A stretch of 17,890 nucleotides of DNA from a bacterium (GTDB lineage: Bacteria > Eisenbacteria > RBG-16-71-46), in NCBI GenBank assembly GCA_043779265.1, contig JAYWEM010000148.1, positions 1 through 17,890 on the forward strand, written 5' to 3'. Shown one piece after another: positions 1 through 8,224 of the stretch. Position 1 is the stretch's first letter; each line of letters begins with the position of its first letter. The notes beneath the pieces were generated by a model. That model searched no databases and had not been told where the DNA came from. It saw nothing but the letters and a program-made list of their open reading frames with translations. A program made the translations under genes and the position numbers.

Positions 1-666
1 GGGGCGCTCGCATCGGCCTTGGCGAAACGATCGGCCGCGGAGGCGGCGTGTCTTGCGTCGTGCCATGCGCTCACGCAGCGCCGCAAGGCGGCCGCGAAAC
101 AGTGGAGCGCCACGCTCAGCCGCGAACTCGAGCCGCTGGGCTTCCCGCACGCCACGATCGCGTTCGAGGTCGCCGCCTCGCCGGATGCGCGGCCCGGGCC
201 CACCGGACTCGACGATGTGGAACTGCTGTTCACCCCGAATCCGGGCGAGCCGGGTCGGCCGCTCGCCAGGATCGCCTCGGGAGGGGAGCTCTCTCGGGTC
301 ATGCTAGCCCTCAAGTGCGCGCTGCAAACCCGTGACCGAGTTGGGGTTCTGGTGTTTGATGAAGTAGATTCCGGAATCGGTGGTGCCGTCGCTCAAGCGG
401 TGGGGGAACGCCTCCTCACGCTGGCGGGCCACCGGCAGGTCATCTGCATCACCCATCTGCCGATGATCGCGGCCATGGCCGGGCACCACTTCTCGGTCTC
501 GAAGCAGGTCGCGAAAGGACGCACCACGGCGCGCATCACCGAGCTCAGCCCGGGCGAGCGCATCGAGGAGCTGGCGCGTATGCTGGCGGGTGAGCGGGTG
601 ACCGACACCACGCGACGCCAGGCGAGGGAACTCCTCGCGACGCCCTCCGGCAAAGAGCCCCGATGA
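1..666 (+). CDS. recN: DNA repair protein RecN, C-terminal part (5' truncated by window)
   Basis: Frame is open from base 1. Contains the ABC signature 'IASGGELSRVMLAL', Walker B/D-loop 'LVFDEVDSGIGG', H-loop 'QVICITHLP' and C-terminal 'ERIEELARML' typical of RecN. The stop overlaps the trpE start (ATGA). Confidence 0.95.
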   Translation, partial: GALASALAKRSAAEAACLASCHALTQRRKAAAKQWSATLSRELEPLGFPHATIAFEVAASPDARPGPTGLDDVELLFTPNPGEPGRPLARIASGGELSRVMLALKCALQTRDRVGVLVFDEVDSGIGGAVAQAVGERLLTLAGHRQVICITHLPMIAAMAGHHFSVSKQVAKGRTTARITELSPGERIEELARMLAGERVTDTTRRQARELLATPSGKEPR

Positions 667-2129
667 TCGTCCCGACCCGCTCCGAATTCCTCGCGCTCGC
701 CCGTACGGGCAAGCTCGTGCCTGTCTTCCGCGAGGTCTTCGCCGATCACGACACGCCGGTCTCGGCGTTCCGCAAGATCGACGATGGCCCCTATGGCTTC
801 CTGCTCGAGAGTGTCGAGGGCGGCGAGAAGTGGGGGCGCTATTCGATCCTCGGCAGCCGGCCCGCCGCGGTGTTCATCGCCCGCGGGGACAAGAGCGAGC
901 TGCACGTGGGCGATCAGGTCACACCATTGCCGGGCACGCCGGTCGAGGCGCTGTCGACGCTGCTGCGTGAGCGCCAGGCGGTGACGCTGCCCGGGCTGCC
1001 GCGCTTCTGCGGCGGCGCCGTCGGCTACTTCGGCTATGACGCCGTGCGCTGGTTCGAGAAGCTGCCCCAGAAGGCGGTGGACACACAGCAGTTGCCTGAC
1101 GCGGTGCTGATGTTCGGCGATGTGGTGAGCGTGTTCGACAACCTGACGCACACGATGAAAGTCGTGACGCATGCGAGAGGCGGCAGCGATCCCGATGCCG
1201 CCTACGACGCGGCGGTCGCCCGCCTCAACGCCGAGGTCGAACGCCTGCGCAAGCCGCTGTCGTGGATCGACCCGCCGTCGTGGGGCGAGGCCAGCGAGCC
1301 CAAGTCCTCGATGGACAAGGCCGCGTTCTGCCGCGCTGTCGAGACCGCGAAGGAGCACATCCGCGCCGGGGACATCTTCCAGGTCGTGCTGGCGCATCGC
1401 ATGAGCGCCGACGTGTCGCAGCCGCCCTTCGAAGGATATCGCGCGCTGCGGATCACGAACCCGTCGCCCTACATGTATTTCCTGCGGCTGGGCGAGTTCG
1501 CCATCGTCGGCTCGAGTCCCGAGGTGCTGGTGCGCCGCACCGAGTCGGTCCTCGAGGTCCGTCCGATCGCGGGAACGCGGCCGCGTGGGCGCACGGCCGA
1601 CGAGGACCGCCAGCTCGAAGAGGAACTCCTCGCCGATGAGAAGGAGCGCGCCGAGCACGTGATGCTCGTGGATCTCGGGCGCAACGACGTCGGACGCGTG
1701 GCGGAGTTCGGCACGGTCGAGACCAACGAGTACATGAAGGTGGAGCGCTATTCGCAGGTCATGCACCTGGTCTCGAATGTGCGCGGGCGTGTTCGCGGAG
1801 AACTCGCCCCGCTCGACACCGTGCGCGCCACGTTCCCGGCCGGTACGGTCTCGGGTGCGCCCAAGGTGCGAGCGATGGAGATCATCGAATCGCTCGAGCC
1901 GGTGCGGCGCGGCGTCTATGCGGGAGCGGTGGGCTACTTCGATTACCATGGCAACCTCGACCTCTGCATCGCCATCCGCACGCTCGTCTACACGCGTGGG
2001 CAGGCGCACTGGGGTGTCGGGGCCGGGATCGTGGCGGACTCCGATCCCGAGCGGGAGTGGCAGGAGACCATCGACAAGGGCCTGGCCCTGTGGCTCGCCG
2101 TCCAGCGGGCCGAGCGAGGCGCACGATGA
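663..2129 (+). CDS. trpE: Anthranilate synthase component I
   Basis: Motifs 'FLLESVEGGEKWGRYS', 'NPSPYMY', 'GSSPE', 'PIAGTRPRG', 'KERAEHVMLVDLGRND', 'FPAGTVSGAPKVRAM'. First gene of a trp cluster. Confidence 0.96.
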   Translation: MIVPTRSEFLALARTGKLVPVFREVFADHDTPVSAFRKIDDGPYGFLLESVEGGEKWGRYSILGSRPAAVFIARGDKSELHVGDQVTPLPGTPVEALSTLLRERQAVTLPGLPRFCGGAVGYFGYDAVRWFEKLPQKAVDTQQLPDAVLMFGDVVSVFDNLTHTMKVVTHARGGSDPDAAYDAAVARLNAEVERLRKPLSWIDPPSWGEASEPKSSMDKAAFCRAVETAKEHIRAGDIFQVVLAHRMSADVSQPPFEGYRALRITNPSPYMYFLRLGEFAIVGSSPEVLVRRTESVLEVRPIAGTRPRGRTADEDRQLEEELLADEKERAEHVMLVDLGRNDVGRVAEFGTVETNEYMKVERYSQVMHLVSNVRGRVRGELAPLDTVRATFPAGTVSGAPKVRAMEIIESLEPVRRGVYAGAVGYFDYHGNLDLCIAIRTLVYTRGQAHWGVGAGIVADSDPEREWQETIDKGLALWLAVQRAERGAR

Positions 2130-2725
2130 TCGCGGTCATCGATAACTACGACTCCTTCACCTACAACCTCGTCCAGTATCTGGGGACATTGGGGGCCGAG
2201 GTGTGGGTGCGACGCAATGACGCCACCACGGTGGCCGAACTCCAGTCGCTGCCGCTGACCGGCCTGCTGATCTCGCCGGGGCCCGGCGAACCCAAGGACG
2301 CCGGCATCTCCAAGAATGCGCTGGCTGCGCTCGCCGGTCAGGTGCCCGTCCTCGGCGTCTGCCTCGGACATCAGGCGCTGGGCGAGGTCTACGGCGGCAA
2401 GGTCGTCCGTGCCGGTCGGCTCATGCACGGCAAGACGAGCCCCATCCTGCACAAGGGTCGCGGTTTGTTCGCAGGTCTCGACAATCCGTTCGAGGCCTCG
2501 CGCTACCACTCGCTGATCGTCGAGCAGAGTTCGCTGCCGGAGGTTCTCGAGGTGACGGCGTGGACCCCCGAGGGCGAATTGATGGGCCTCAAGCATCGCG
2601 ACCACGACACCTGGGGCGTCCAGTTCCATCCCGAGTCCGTGCTGACCAAGCAGGGGCTCACGTTGATCGAGAACTTCCTCACCTTGTGCCGCCAGCAGAC
2701 TCCATCCAAGAGGGGTGCCGTTTGA
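2126..2725 (+). CDS. trpG: Anthranilate synthase component II (class I glutamine amidotransferase)
   Basis: ATG at 2126 overlaps the trpE stop. Motifs 'IDNYDSFTYNLVQY', 'ISPGPG', 'GVCLGHQ' (catalytic Cys), 'RYHSL', 'GVQFHPES'. Confidence 0.95.
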   Translation: MIAVIDNYDSFTYNLVQYLGTLGAEVWVRRNDATTVAELQSLPLTGLLISPGPGEPKDAGISKNALAALAGQVPVLGVCLGHQALGEVYGGKVVRAGRLMHGKTSPILHKGRGLFAGLDNPFEASRYHSLIVEQSSLPEVLEVTAWTPEGELMGLKHRDHDTWGVQFHPESVLTKQGLTLIENFLTLCRQQTPSKRGAV

Positions 2726-3729
2726 TCCAGTCGGCCATCGCGCGAGCCGTCGCGCACGAACCACTGTCCCGCGAAGTCGCACGCGCCGTCATGGACCAGA
2801 TCCTCTCGGGCGAGGCGACGCCGTCGCAGATCGCCGCCCTTGCGATCGCCCTGCGGATGAAGGGCGAGACCGCCGACGAAATCACCGGATTCGCCGAGGC
2901 CATGCGCAGCCGCGTCCCGCCGCTGCGCACGCGACGCTCGCCGCTGCTCGACACCTGTGGAACAGGCGGCGACAACGCCGGAACGTTCAACATCTCGACG
3001 ACGACCGCCATCGTCACCGCCGCCTGCGGCGTCGCAGTCGCCAAGCACGGCAATCGTGCGGTCTCGAGCCGCACCGGCTCGGCCGACGTGCTCGAGTCGC
3101 TCGGCGTGCGCATCGACCTGACGCCCGAGGATGCCGGTCGCTCGCTCGACCTGCTCGGCATCACGTTCCTGTTCGCGCCCAACTACCACAGCGCGCTGAT
3201 GCACGCGGCGGGGACGAGGCGCGAACTCGGCGTGCGCACCGTGTTCAACGTGCTCGGCCCGCTGACCAACCCCGCGGGTGCTTCGCGCCAGTTGCTCGGC
3301 GTCTACAGCGATCACCTGGTGTCGGCGCTGGCCGAGGTGCTGCGCCAACTCGGCAGCGAGCGCGCGCTCGTCGTGCATGGCCGCGATGGACTCGATGAGC
3401 TGACCGTATTCGACACCAACCATGTCGCCGATCTCGAGGGCGGCGAAGTGCGCGAGTACGAGATCGACCCCAAGACCTTCGGCCTCGCCCACACCGACCG
3501 CAAGGGAGTCGCGGGAGGCGTCGCCTCGGAGAATGCCGCCACGATCCGGCGCGTGCTCGAGGGGGAGACGGGCGCGGCTCGCGACATCGTCGTGCTCAAC
3601 TCCGCCGCAGCGCTCGTGGTCGCCGGCGTGAGCAAGGACCTCGAGGCCGGCGTCGAGAAGGCGCGTCACGCACTCGACTCGGGCGCAGCACATCAGAAGC
3701 TCGCGGAGCTCTCCGCGTTCCGGGGCTGA
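2722..3729 (+). CDS. trpD: Anthranilate phosphoribosyltransferase
   Basis: Probable TTG start overlapping the trpG stop (TTGA), preceded by a purine-rich SD-like AAGAGGGG. Motifs 'DTCGTGGD', 'FNISTT', 'KHGNRAVSSRTGSADVLE', 'RTVFNVLGPLTNP', 'DGLDE'. Confidence 0.95.
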   Translation: MIQSAIARAVAHEPLSREVARAVMDQILSGEATPSQIAALAIALRMKGETADEITGFAEAMRSRVPPLRTRRSPLLDTCGTGGDNAGTFNISTTTAIVTAACGVAVAKHGNRAVSSRTGSADVLESLGVRIDLTPEDAGRSLDLLGITFLFAPNYHSALMHAAGTRRELGVRTVFNVLGPLTNPAGASRQLLGVYSDHLVSALAEVLRQLGSERALVVHGRDGLDELTVFDTNHVADLEGGEVREYEIDPKTFGLAHTDRKGVAGGVASENAATIRRVLEGETGAARDIVVLNSAAALVVAGVSKDLEAGVEKARHALDSGAAHQKLAELSAFRG

Positions 3730-3732
3730 GCC

Positions 3733-4299
3733 TTGGAGGACCGGCCGCAACCCGCCCTCGAGCCACTTGCGATGTGGCCCGCGAGTGAGCCCGCGGCCGC
3801 GCCGTCCGACGATGCGCAACGACCCGACCGGTCACGGCCCGTTGCGACACCCGTCGGATTCTGGCGGCGTACGTGGGCGTTCCTCGTGGACAGCCTGCTG
3901 CTGTGGTTCCCGCTCAGCATCCTCAAGGTGACGAGCGGCCTGCCGCTGCTCGACACCGATCTGACGCGAGAGGCCGACGGACGGGACCTGGGGCTGTTCA
4001 TCGCGAGTTGCCTGCTCCACTGGCTCTACACGGCATGGCTCGATGCCTCGAAGTCCCAGGGCACGCTCGGCAAGCAGTTGCTGGGGATCCGCGTCGAGCA
4101 CGTCGCGGGCGGCCGTCTGTCGTTCGTGCGAGCGAGTGTGCGGCAGGTCGCGAGTTGGCTCTCGTTCCTCGCGTTCGGCCTCGGGTTCCTGATGTGCGTG
4201 TGGACCAAGCGGCGACAGACGCTGCACGACATGTTGGCGGGGGCGGTGCTGGTGCGGTGGGAGGAGCCCAGCGCGAGCGGCCCTCGGCCGAGCGCGTGA
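3733..4299 (+). CDS. RDD-family membrane protein
   Basis: 'GFWRRTWAFLVD', hydrophobic segments, 'QGTLGKQLLGIRV' and 'RRQTLHDMLAG' match the RDD pattern. Start codon uncertain (TTG 3733 or a later ATG). Stop overlaps the trpC GTG. Confidence 0.85.
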   Translation: MEDRPQPALEPLAMWPASEPAAAPSDDAQRPDRSRPVATPVGFWRRTWAFLVDSLLLWFPLSILKVTSGLPLLDTDLTREADGRDLGLFIASCLLHWLYTAWLDASKSQGTLGKQLLGIRVEHVAGGRLSFVRASVRQVASWLSFLAFGLGFLMCVWTKRRQTLHDMLAGAVLVRWEEPSASGPRPSA

Positions 4300-5114
4300 C
4301 GCCTTCGCCGCCTGACTTCCTCGCCCGCATCGTCGCCAGTCGCCGGCTGCGCATCGCCGAGATGCAGCTCGCGCGACCGACTGCAACGCTCGAAGCCGCG
4401 ATTCCGCATGGCCGCTCGGCGGGACGTCTCGCCGCGGCCCTGCGACGAGGCGGCGGTTCCCAGCCCCTGCGCCTGCTGTGCGAGGTCAAGCGTGCCTCGC
4501 CGAGCCGCGGGATGCTCGACCCCGATGTCGACCCGGTGGCGCTGGCGACTCTCTATGAGGCCGCGGGCGCCTCGGCCGTCTCGCTCGTCACCGAGCCCGA
4601 CCACTTCCTCGGTGAACCGGCGTGGATGGACGCCGTGCGGCCACACGTGGCGCTGCCGCTGCTGCTCAAGGACTTCGTCGTCGATCGCTACCAACTGCTC
4701 GATGCCTCCGCGAGAGGGGCCGACGCGGTGCTGTTGCTCGCCGCCGTCCTCGATCGCTCGCACATGCGCGAGCTGATCCAGGAGGGTGTGGCACTCGGGC
4801 TCGACACGCTCGTCGAGATCCACGAGCCGAGCGAGTTGGACGAGGCGCTCGCCGCCCAGGCGCGCATCATCGGCATCAACAACCGCTCGTTGCGCACCTT
4901 CGAGGTGGACCTCGGCACGTCGGTGGCGTTGCTGCCCCAGTTGCCCGCGGACGTCGTCGCGGTGGCCGAGAGTGGGCTGTCGCGCCGTGAGGACCTGCTC
5001 CGACTGCGCGAGACCCGCTGTGACGCCGTGTTGATGGGCGAGGTGTTCATGACCAGTTCCGACCGCAGGCAGACGCTGGCCCATCTCCTCGCCGCTGCCA
5101 GGGGTGACGCGTGA
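4296..5114 (+). CDS. trpC: Indole-3-glycerol phosphate synthase
   Basis: GTG at 4296 overlaps the RDD stop. Motifs 'CEVKRASPSRG', 'SLVTEP', 'KDFVVDRYQL', 'GADAVLL', 'LVEIH', 'GINNR', 'AESG'. Confidence 0.94.
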   Translation: MTPSPPDFLARIVASRRLRIAEMQLARPTATLEAAIPHGRSAGRLAAALRRGGGSQPLRLLCEVKRASPSRGMLDPDVDPVALATLYEAAGASAVSLVTEPDHFLGEPAWMDAVRPHVALPLLLKDFVVDRYQLLDASARGADAVLLLAAVLDRSHMRELIQEGVALGLDTLVEIHEPSELDEALAAQARIIGINNRSLRTFEVDLGTSVALLPQLPADVVAVAESGLSRREDLLRLRETRCDAVLMGEVFMTSSDRRQTLAHLLAAARGDA

Positions 5115-5764
5115 GTGCCGAGGGTTCGCCCGAGCCGACCCGCACGCGAGTCAAGGTGTGCGGGCTCACGAATCGAGGCGACGCAGCGTTCGCGATCGAG
5201 CACGGTGCCGACTGGCTGGGCTTCATCGTCCACGGCGACAGCCCGAGGCGGATCGACGCTCGCCAGGTCGCTGCGATCCTCGCCACACTGCCACGAGTCG
5301 AGGCGGTGGCGGTGATGGTGGCCCCGAGCCCGGCACAGGCGCTCGAACTGGCGAGCCTGGCGGGCGCCTCCCGCATCCAGCTGCATGGCATCGACTCGTC
5401 CGCATGGCCCGCCGACTTCCCCGTTCCCCTGCACGTCTCGGTGGGTGTGGATGAGCGAGGCGCGCTGACCGCGCCGCTGCCGCCGGACACCCACCTGCTC
5501 CACCTGGATACCTCACGTGGCGGGCGAGAGGGCGGCACCGGACAGCCGTTCCCGTGGAGCATCGCGAGCGACCTGGCGCGGACCCGGAGCCTCGTGCTCG
5601 CCGGGGGCCTCGGACCCGACAATGTGGCGGAGGCGCTGCGCATCGTGCGACCCTTCGCAGTCGATGCGAGTTCGCGGCTCGAGGCGAGCCCGGGAATCAA
5701 GGACCCTGAACGCGTGCGTCGATTCCTCGACGCCGTCCGGGAGCACGATGCACAAGACGCGTGA
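5111..5764 (+). CDS. trpF: Phosphoribosylanthranilate isomerase
   Basis: Motifs 'VKVCGLT', 'GADWLGF', 'IQLHG', 'GGTGQPFPW', '[10 protein letters not shown]', '[15 protein letters not shown]'. GTGA overlap with trpC. Confidence 0.94.
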   Translation: MSAEGSPEPTRTRVKVCGLTNRGDAAFAIEHGADWLGFIVHGDSPRRIDARQVAAILATLPRVEAVAVMVAPSPAQALELASLAGASRIQLHGIDSSAWPADFPVPLHVSVGVDERGALTAPLPPDTHLLHLDTSRGGREGGTGQPFPWSIASDLARTRSLVLAGGLGPDNVAEALRIVRPFAVDASSRLEASPGIKDPERVRRFLDAVREHDAQDA

Positions 5765-6944
5765 AGCCGACCGCCCCGGACACTTCGGACCTTATGGGGG
5801 ACGCTTCGTCCCCGAGACGTTGATCCACGCCCTCGACGAACTCGAACAGGCGTACGAGGCGGCGCGTCAGGATCCGGAGTTCCAGCGGACGCTCGCCGAG
5901 ACGCTGCGCGATTTCGCCGGCCGTCCGACGGCGCTGTTCCCAGCGCGGCGGCTCTCGGAGGATGCGGGTTGCGAGGTGTGGCTCAAGCGCGAGGACCTGC
6001 TCCACACCGGCGCCCACAAGATCAACAACACCGTCGGCCAGTGCCTCCTCGCCGTGCGCATGGGCAAGCCGCGTGTCATCGCCGAGACCGGCGCGGGCCA
6101 GCATGGCGTCGCGACCGCGGCGGCGGCGGCACGCTTCGGCCTCGAGTGCGTGGTCTACATGGGCGCCGAGGACGCGAGGCGCCAGCGACTCAACGTCGAA
6201 CGGATGCGGCTCCTCGGCGCCGAGGTGCGCGAGGTCGTTGCCGGTAGTCGCACTTTGAAGGACGCGATCAACGAGGCGATGCGCGATTGGGTCACGCAGG
6301 TGCGCACGACGCACTACGTGCTGGGCTCAGTGCTCGGACCGCACCCGTTCCCGACGATGGTGCGCGACTTCCATCGCGTCCTGGGCGAGGAGGCGAGAGC
6401 GCAGAGTCTCGAACGACTCGGGCGGCTCCCGGATGTGCTCGTCGCCTGTGTCGGAGGCGGCAGCAACGCCCTCGGACTGTTCACGGCATTCCTCGGCGAC
6501 GCCTCCGTGCGCAAGGTGGGGGTGGAGGCGGCCGGCCACGGCATCGCCTCGGGCCGTCATGCCGCACGCGTGCCCGAGCACAGTGTCGGCGTGCTTCATG
6601 GCACGCGCACGCTGGTGCTGCAGGATGAGCAGGGCCAGATCCGCGAGACCCACTCGGTGAGCGCGGGGCTCGATTACCCGGCGCTCGGGCCCGAGCACGC
6701 CTGGCTGCTCGACCAGGGATTCGTCGAGTTCTCGCATGCCGACGACCGCGAGGCACTGGCCGCGTTCGAGCTGCTGTCACGCCGTGAGGGCATCCTGCCG
6801 GCGCTGGAGTCCTCGCATGCGCTCGCGTGGGTGCTGCGCGAGGGACGCGCACTGGGGCCCGGCGCCAAGGTGATCGTCAATCTGTCGGGACGCGGCGACA
6901 AGGATGTGGCCGAGGTGCTGCGCGTCACGGGTCGTGAGCCCTGA
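5748..6944 (+). CDS. trpB: Tryptophan synthase beta chain (TrpB1 type)
   Basis: ATG at 5748 inside the trpF 3' end. Motifs '[15 protein letters not shown]', '[15 protein letters not shown]' (PLP lysine), 'AETGAGQHG', 'CVGGGSNA', 'SAGLDYP', 'NLSGRGDKD'. Confidence 0.96.
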   Translation: MHKTREADRPGHFGPYGGRFVPETLIHALDELEQAYEAARQDPEFQRTLAETLRDFAGRPTALFPARRLSEDAGCEVWLKREDLLHTGAHKINNTVGQCLLAVRMGKPRVIAETGAGQHGVATAAAAARFGLECVVYMGAEDARRQRLNVERMRLLGAEVREVVAGSRTLKDAINEAMRDWVTQVRTTHYVLGSVLGPHPFPTMVRDFHRVLGEEARAQSLERLGRLPDVLVACVGGGSNALGLFTAFLGDASVRKVGVEAAGHGIASGRHAARVPEHSVGVLHGTRTLVLQDEQGQIRETHSVSAGLDYPALGPEHAWLLDQGFVEFSHADDREALAAFELLSRREGILPALESSHALAWVLREGRALGPGAKVIVNLSGRGDKDVAEVLRVTGREP

Positions 6945-6961
6945 CCTCGGGCCCGGCTGCG

Positions 6962-6990
6962 ATGAAACTCCGGCTCCACTGTGCTATGTA
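6962..6990 (+). promoter_or_regulatory. Possible sigma70-type promoter for the tRNA
   Basis: ATGAAA (6962-6967), 17-nt spacer, TG at 6982-6983 and TATGTA (6985-6990), 13 nt upstream of the tRNA. Both hexamers are imperfect. Confidence 0.4.
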
Positions 6991-7003
6991 TCCGTGCTCG
7001 CGT

Positions 7004-7080
<77 letters not shown>

Positions 7081-7113
7081 CTTCTTCCGTCCTCTCGCGC
7101 GGCCTCCCGTCCC

Positions 7114-8151
7114 ATGACCCCAGAATCCGAGGACCGGTTCCGCCCCAACGCCCACCGCGAGATGGCGTCGATGTTCGACGACGTCTCCGGGCGCTACGAC
7201 CTGCTCAACCGCGTGATGACGCTGGGGCAGGACAGCGCGTGGCGAGAGGCCATGTGGCGCCGCGTCCCCGAGGACGCTGCCGTCGTGCTCGACCTGTGCA
7301 CCGGAAGCGGCGTCTCGCTGACCGGACTGCAGCGGCCCGGTCGCACGCTGCTCGGCATGGACGTCAGCTTCCAGATGCTCGAGGTGGCGCAGGGCGATAC
7401 CGACCGCATCGGCTGGGGAGCGCGGCTCGTGTGCGCGGATGGCTTCCGACTGCCGCTGCGAGGCGCCTCGCTCGACGCGGTCACGGTGGCCTTCGGAGTG
7501 CGCAACCTGAGGCCGCGGCTCGAGGCGATGCGTGAACTGGCGCGCGTGATCCGACCCGGGGGCTCGCTCGTGGTGCTCGAGGCGACCGCACCCTCGCCCG
7601 GGCTGTTTGCGCCGGCGCACACGTTCTGGCTCCGCCACGTCGTCCCGAACGCGGGGCGGCTGTCGCCCGACCCCTCGGCGTATCGCTACCTCAGTGAGTC
7701 GATCTTCGAGTTCGGGTCGGGCCCCGAGTTCGAGCGCGAGCTGGCCGCGGCCGGCTTCGTGGTGCGCGAGCGGTGCCGCTATCTTCTCGGGGCGACCACG
7801 CTCTGGGTCGCGGAGCGCTTGGGGCAACTGCCCTCGGACGAGGCGCGCAACGTGCAGGCTGCAAGTGACTCATCGGGCGGAATCCCGCAGCGCGCTTCGA
7901 TGGCCGTTGCAGCCGATCGGCGGGCGGCGGAGGCCAAGGGCTGGCTCGCGGCGCAGGCGGCGGTGGCGGCGGCGCTCGCAGCGGCGCTCGTGTGGGCTCT
8001 CGCCATCTGGGCCAAGTCCCATCCCGACTTGCCTTTGACTCCCTTCCAGCGAACGGCCGGGTGGGTTCTCATCCTGGGCGGGATCGCCTCTTTCGGGGCG
8101 CGCACGGTGTGGCTGCTGCTTCGGCTCGGGGCGGCCGGGCGAGGTCTCTGA
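7114..8151 (+). CDS. UbiE/MenG-family SAM-dependent methyltransferase with C-terminal hydrophobic extension
   Basis: Motifs 'MFDDVSGRYDLLNRVMTLGQDSAWR', 'LDLCTGSG', 'DAVTVAFGVRN', 'EAMRELARVIRPGG', 'AYRYLSESI'. About 100 extra C-terminal residues with two hydrophobic segments. Confidence 0.88.
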   Translation: MTPESEDRFRPNAHREMASMFDDVSGRYDLLNRVMTLGQDSAWREAMWRRVPEDAAVVLDLCTGSGVSLTGLQRPGRTLLGMDVSFQMLEVAQGDTDRIGWGARLVCADGFRLPLRGASLDAVTVAFGVRNLRPRLEAMRELARVIRPGGSLVVLEATAPSPGLFAPAHTFWLRHVVPNAGRLSPDPSAYRYLSESIFEFGSGPEFERELAAAGFVVRERCRYLLGATTLWVAERLGQLPSDEARNVQAASDSSGGIPQRASMAVAADRRAAEAKGWLAAQAAVAAALAAALVWALAIWAKSHPDLPLTPFQRTAGWVLILGGIASFGARTVWLLLRLGAAGRGL

Positions 8152-8166
8152 GGGGGCTGGGTGAGG

Positions 8167-8181
8167 TGGCACAGGGGTTGC
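8167..8181 (+). promoter_or_regulatory. Sigma54 (RpoN) -24/-12 promoter upstream of the GGDEF gene
   Basis: TGGCAC-AGGGG-TTGC, with GG (8168-8169) and GC (8180-8181) separated by exactly 10 nt. Intergenic, 43 nt before the ATG at 8225. Confidence 0.75.
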
Positions 8182-8224
8182 CACCTTGGTGTGGGATTCC
8201 ACCCCTCACACCAGGAAGATCACC

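Noticed and set aside
2057..5747. Extended ORF-track starts for trpG (2057), trpD (2560), trpC (3873) and trpB (5517), which could suggest fusions or N-terminal domains
   Set aside because: The extensions overlap upstream genes in another frame. Family-like sequence begins at coupled starts 2126, 2722, 4296 and 5748.
7857..7914. GGCTGCAA/TTGCAGCC inverted repeat as an upstream activator site for the sigma54 promoter
   Set aside because: The arms are 42 nt apart, lie within a CDS and are about 250-300 nt from the promoter. An 8-bp match is expected by chance.
8120..8224. GEMM-I (c-di-GMP/cGAMP) riboswitch upstream of the cyclase, suggested by GGGGTTGCC
   Set aside because: The conserved 5' GGCAAA/GNRA hairpin and GACGCAAAGC-like elements are absent. 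The sequence is better explained as a sigma54 promoter. An Rfam scan would be definitive.
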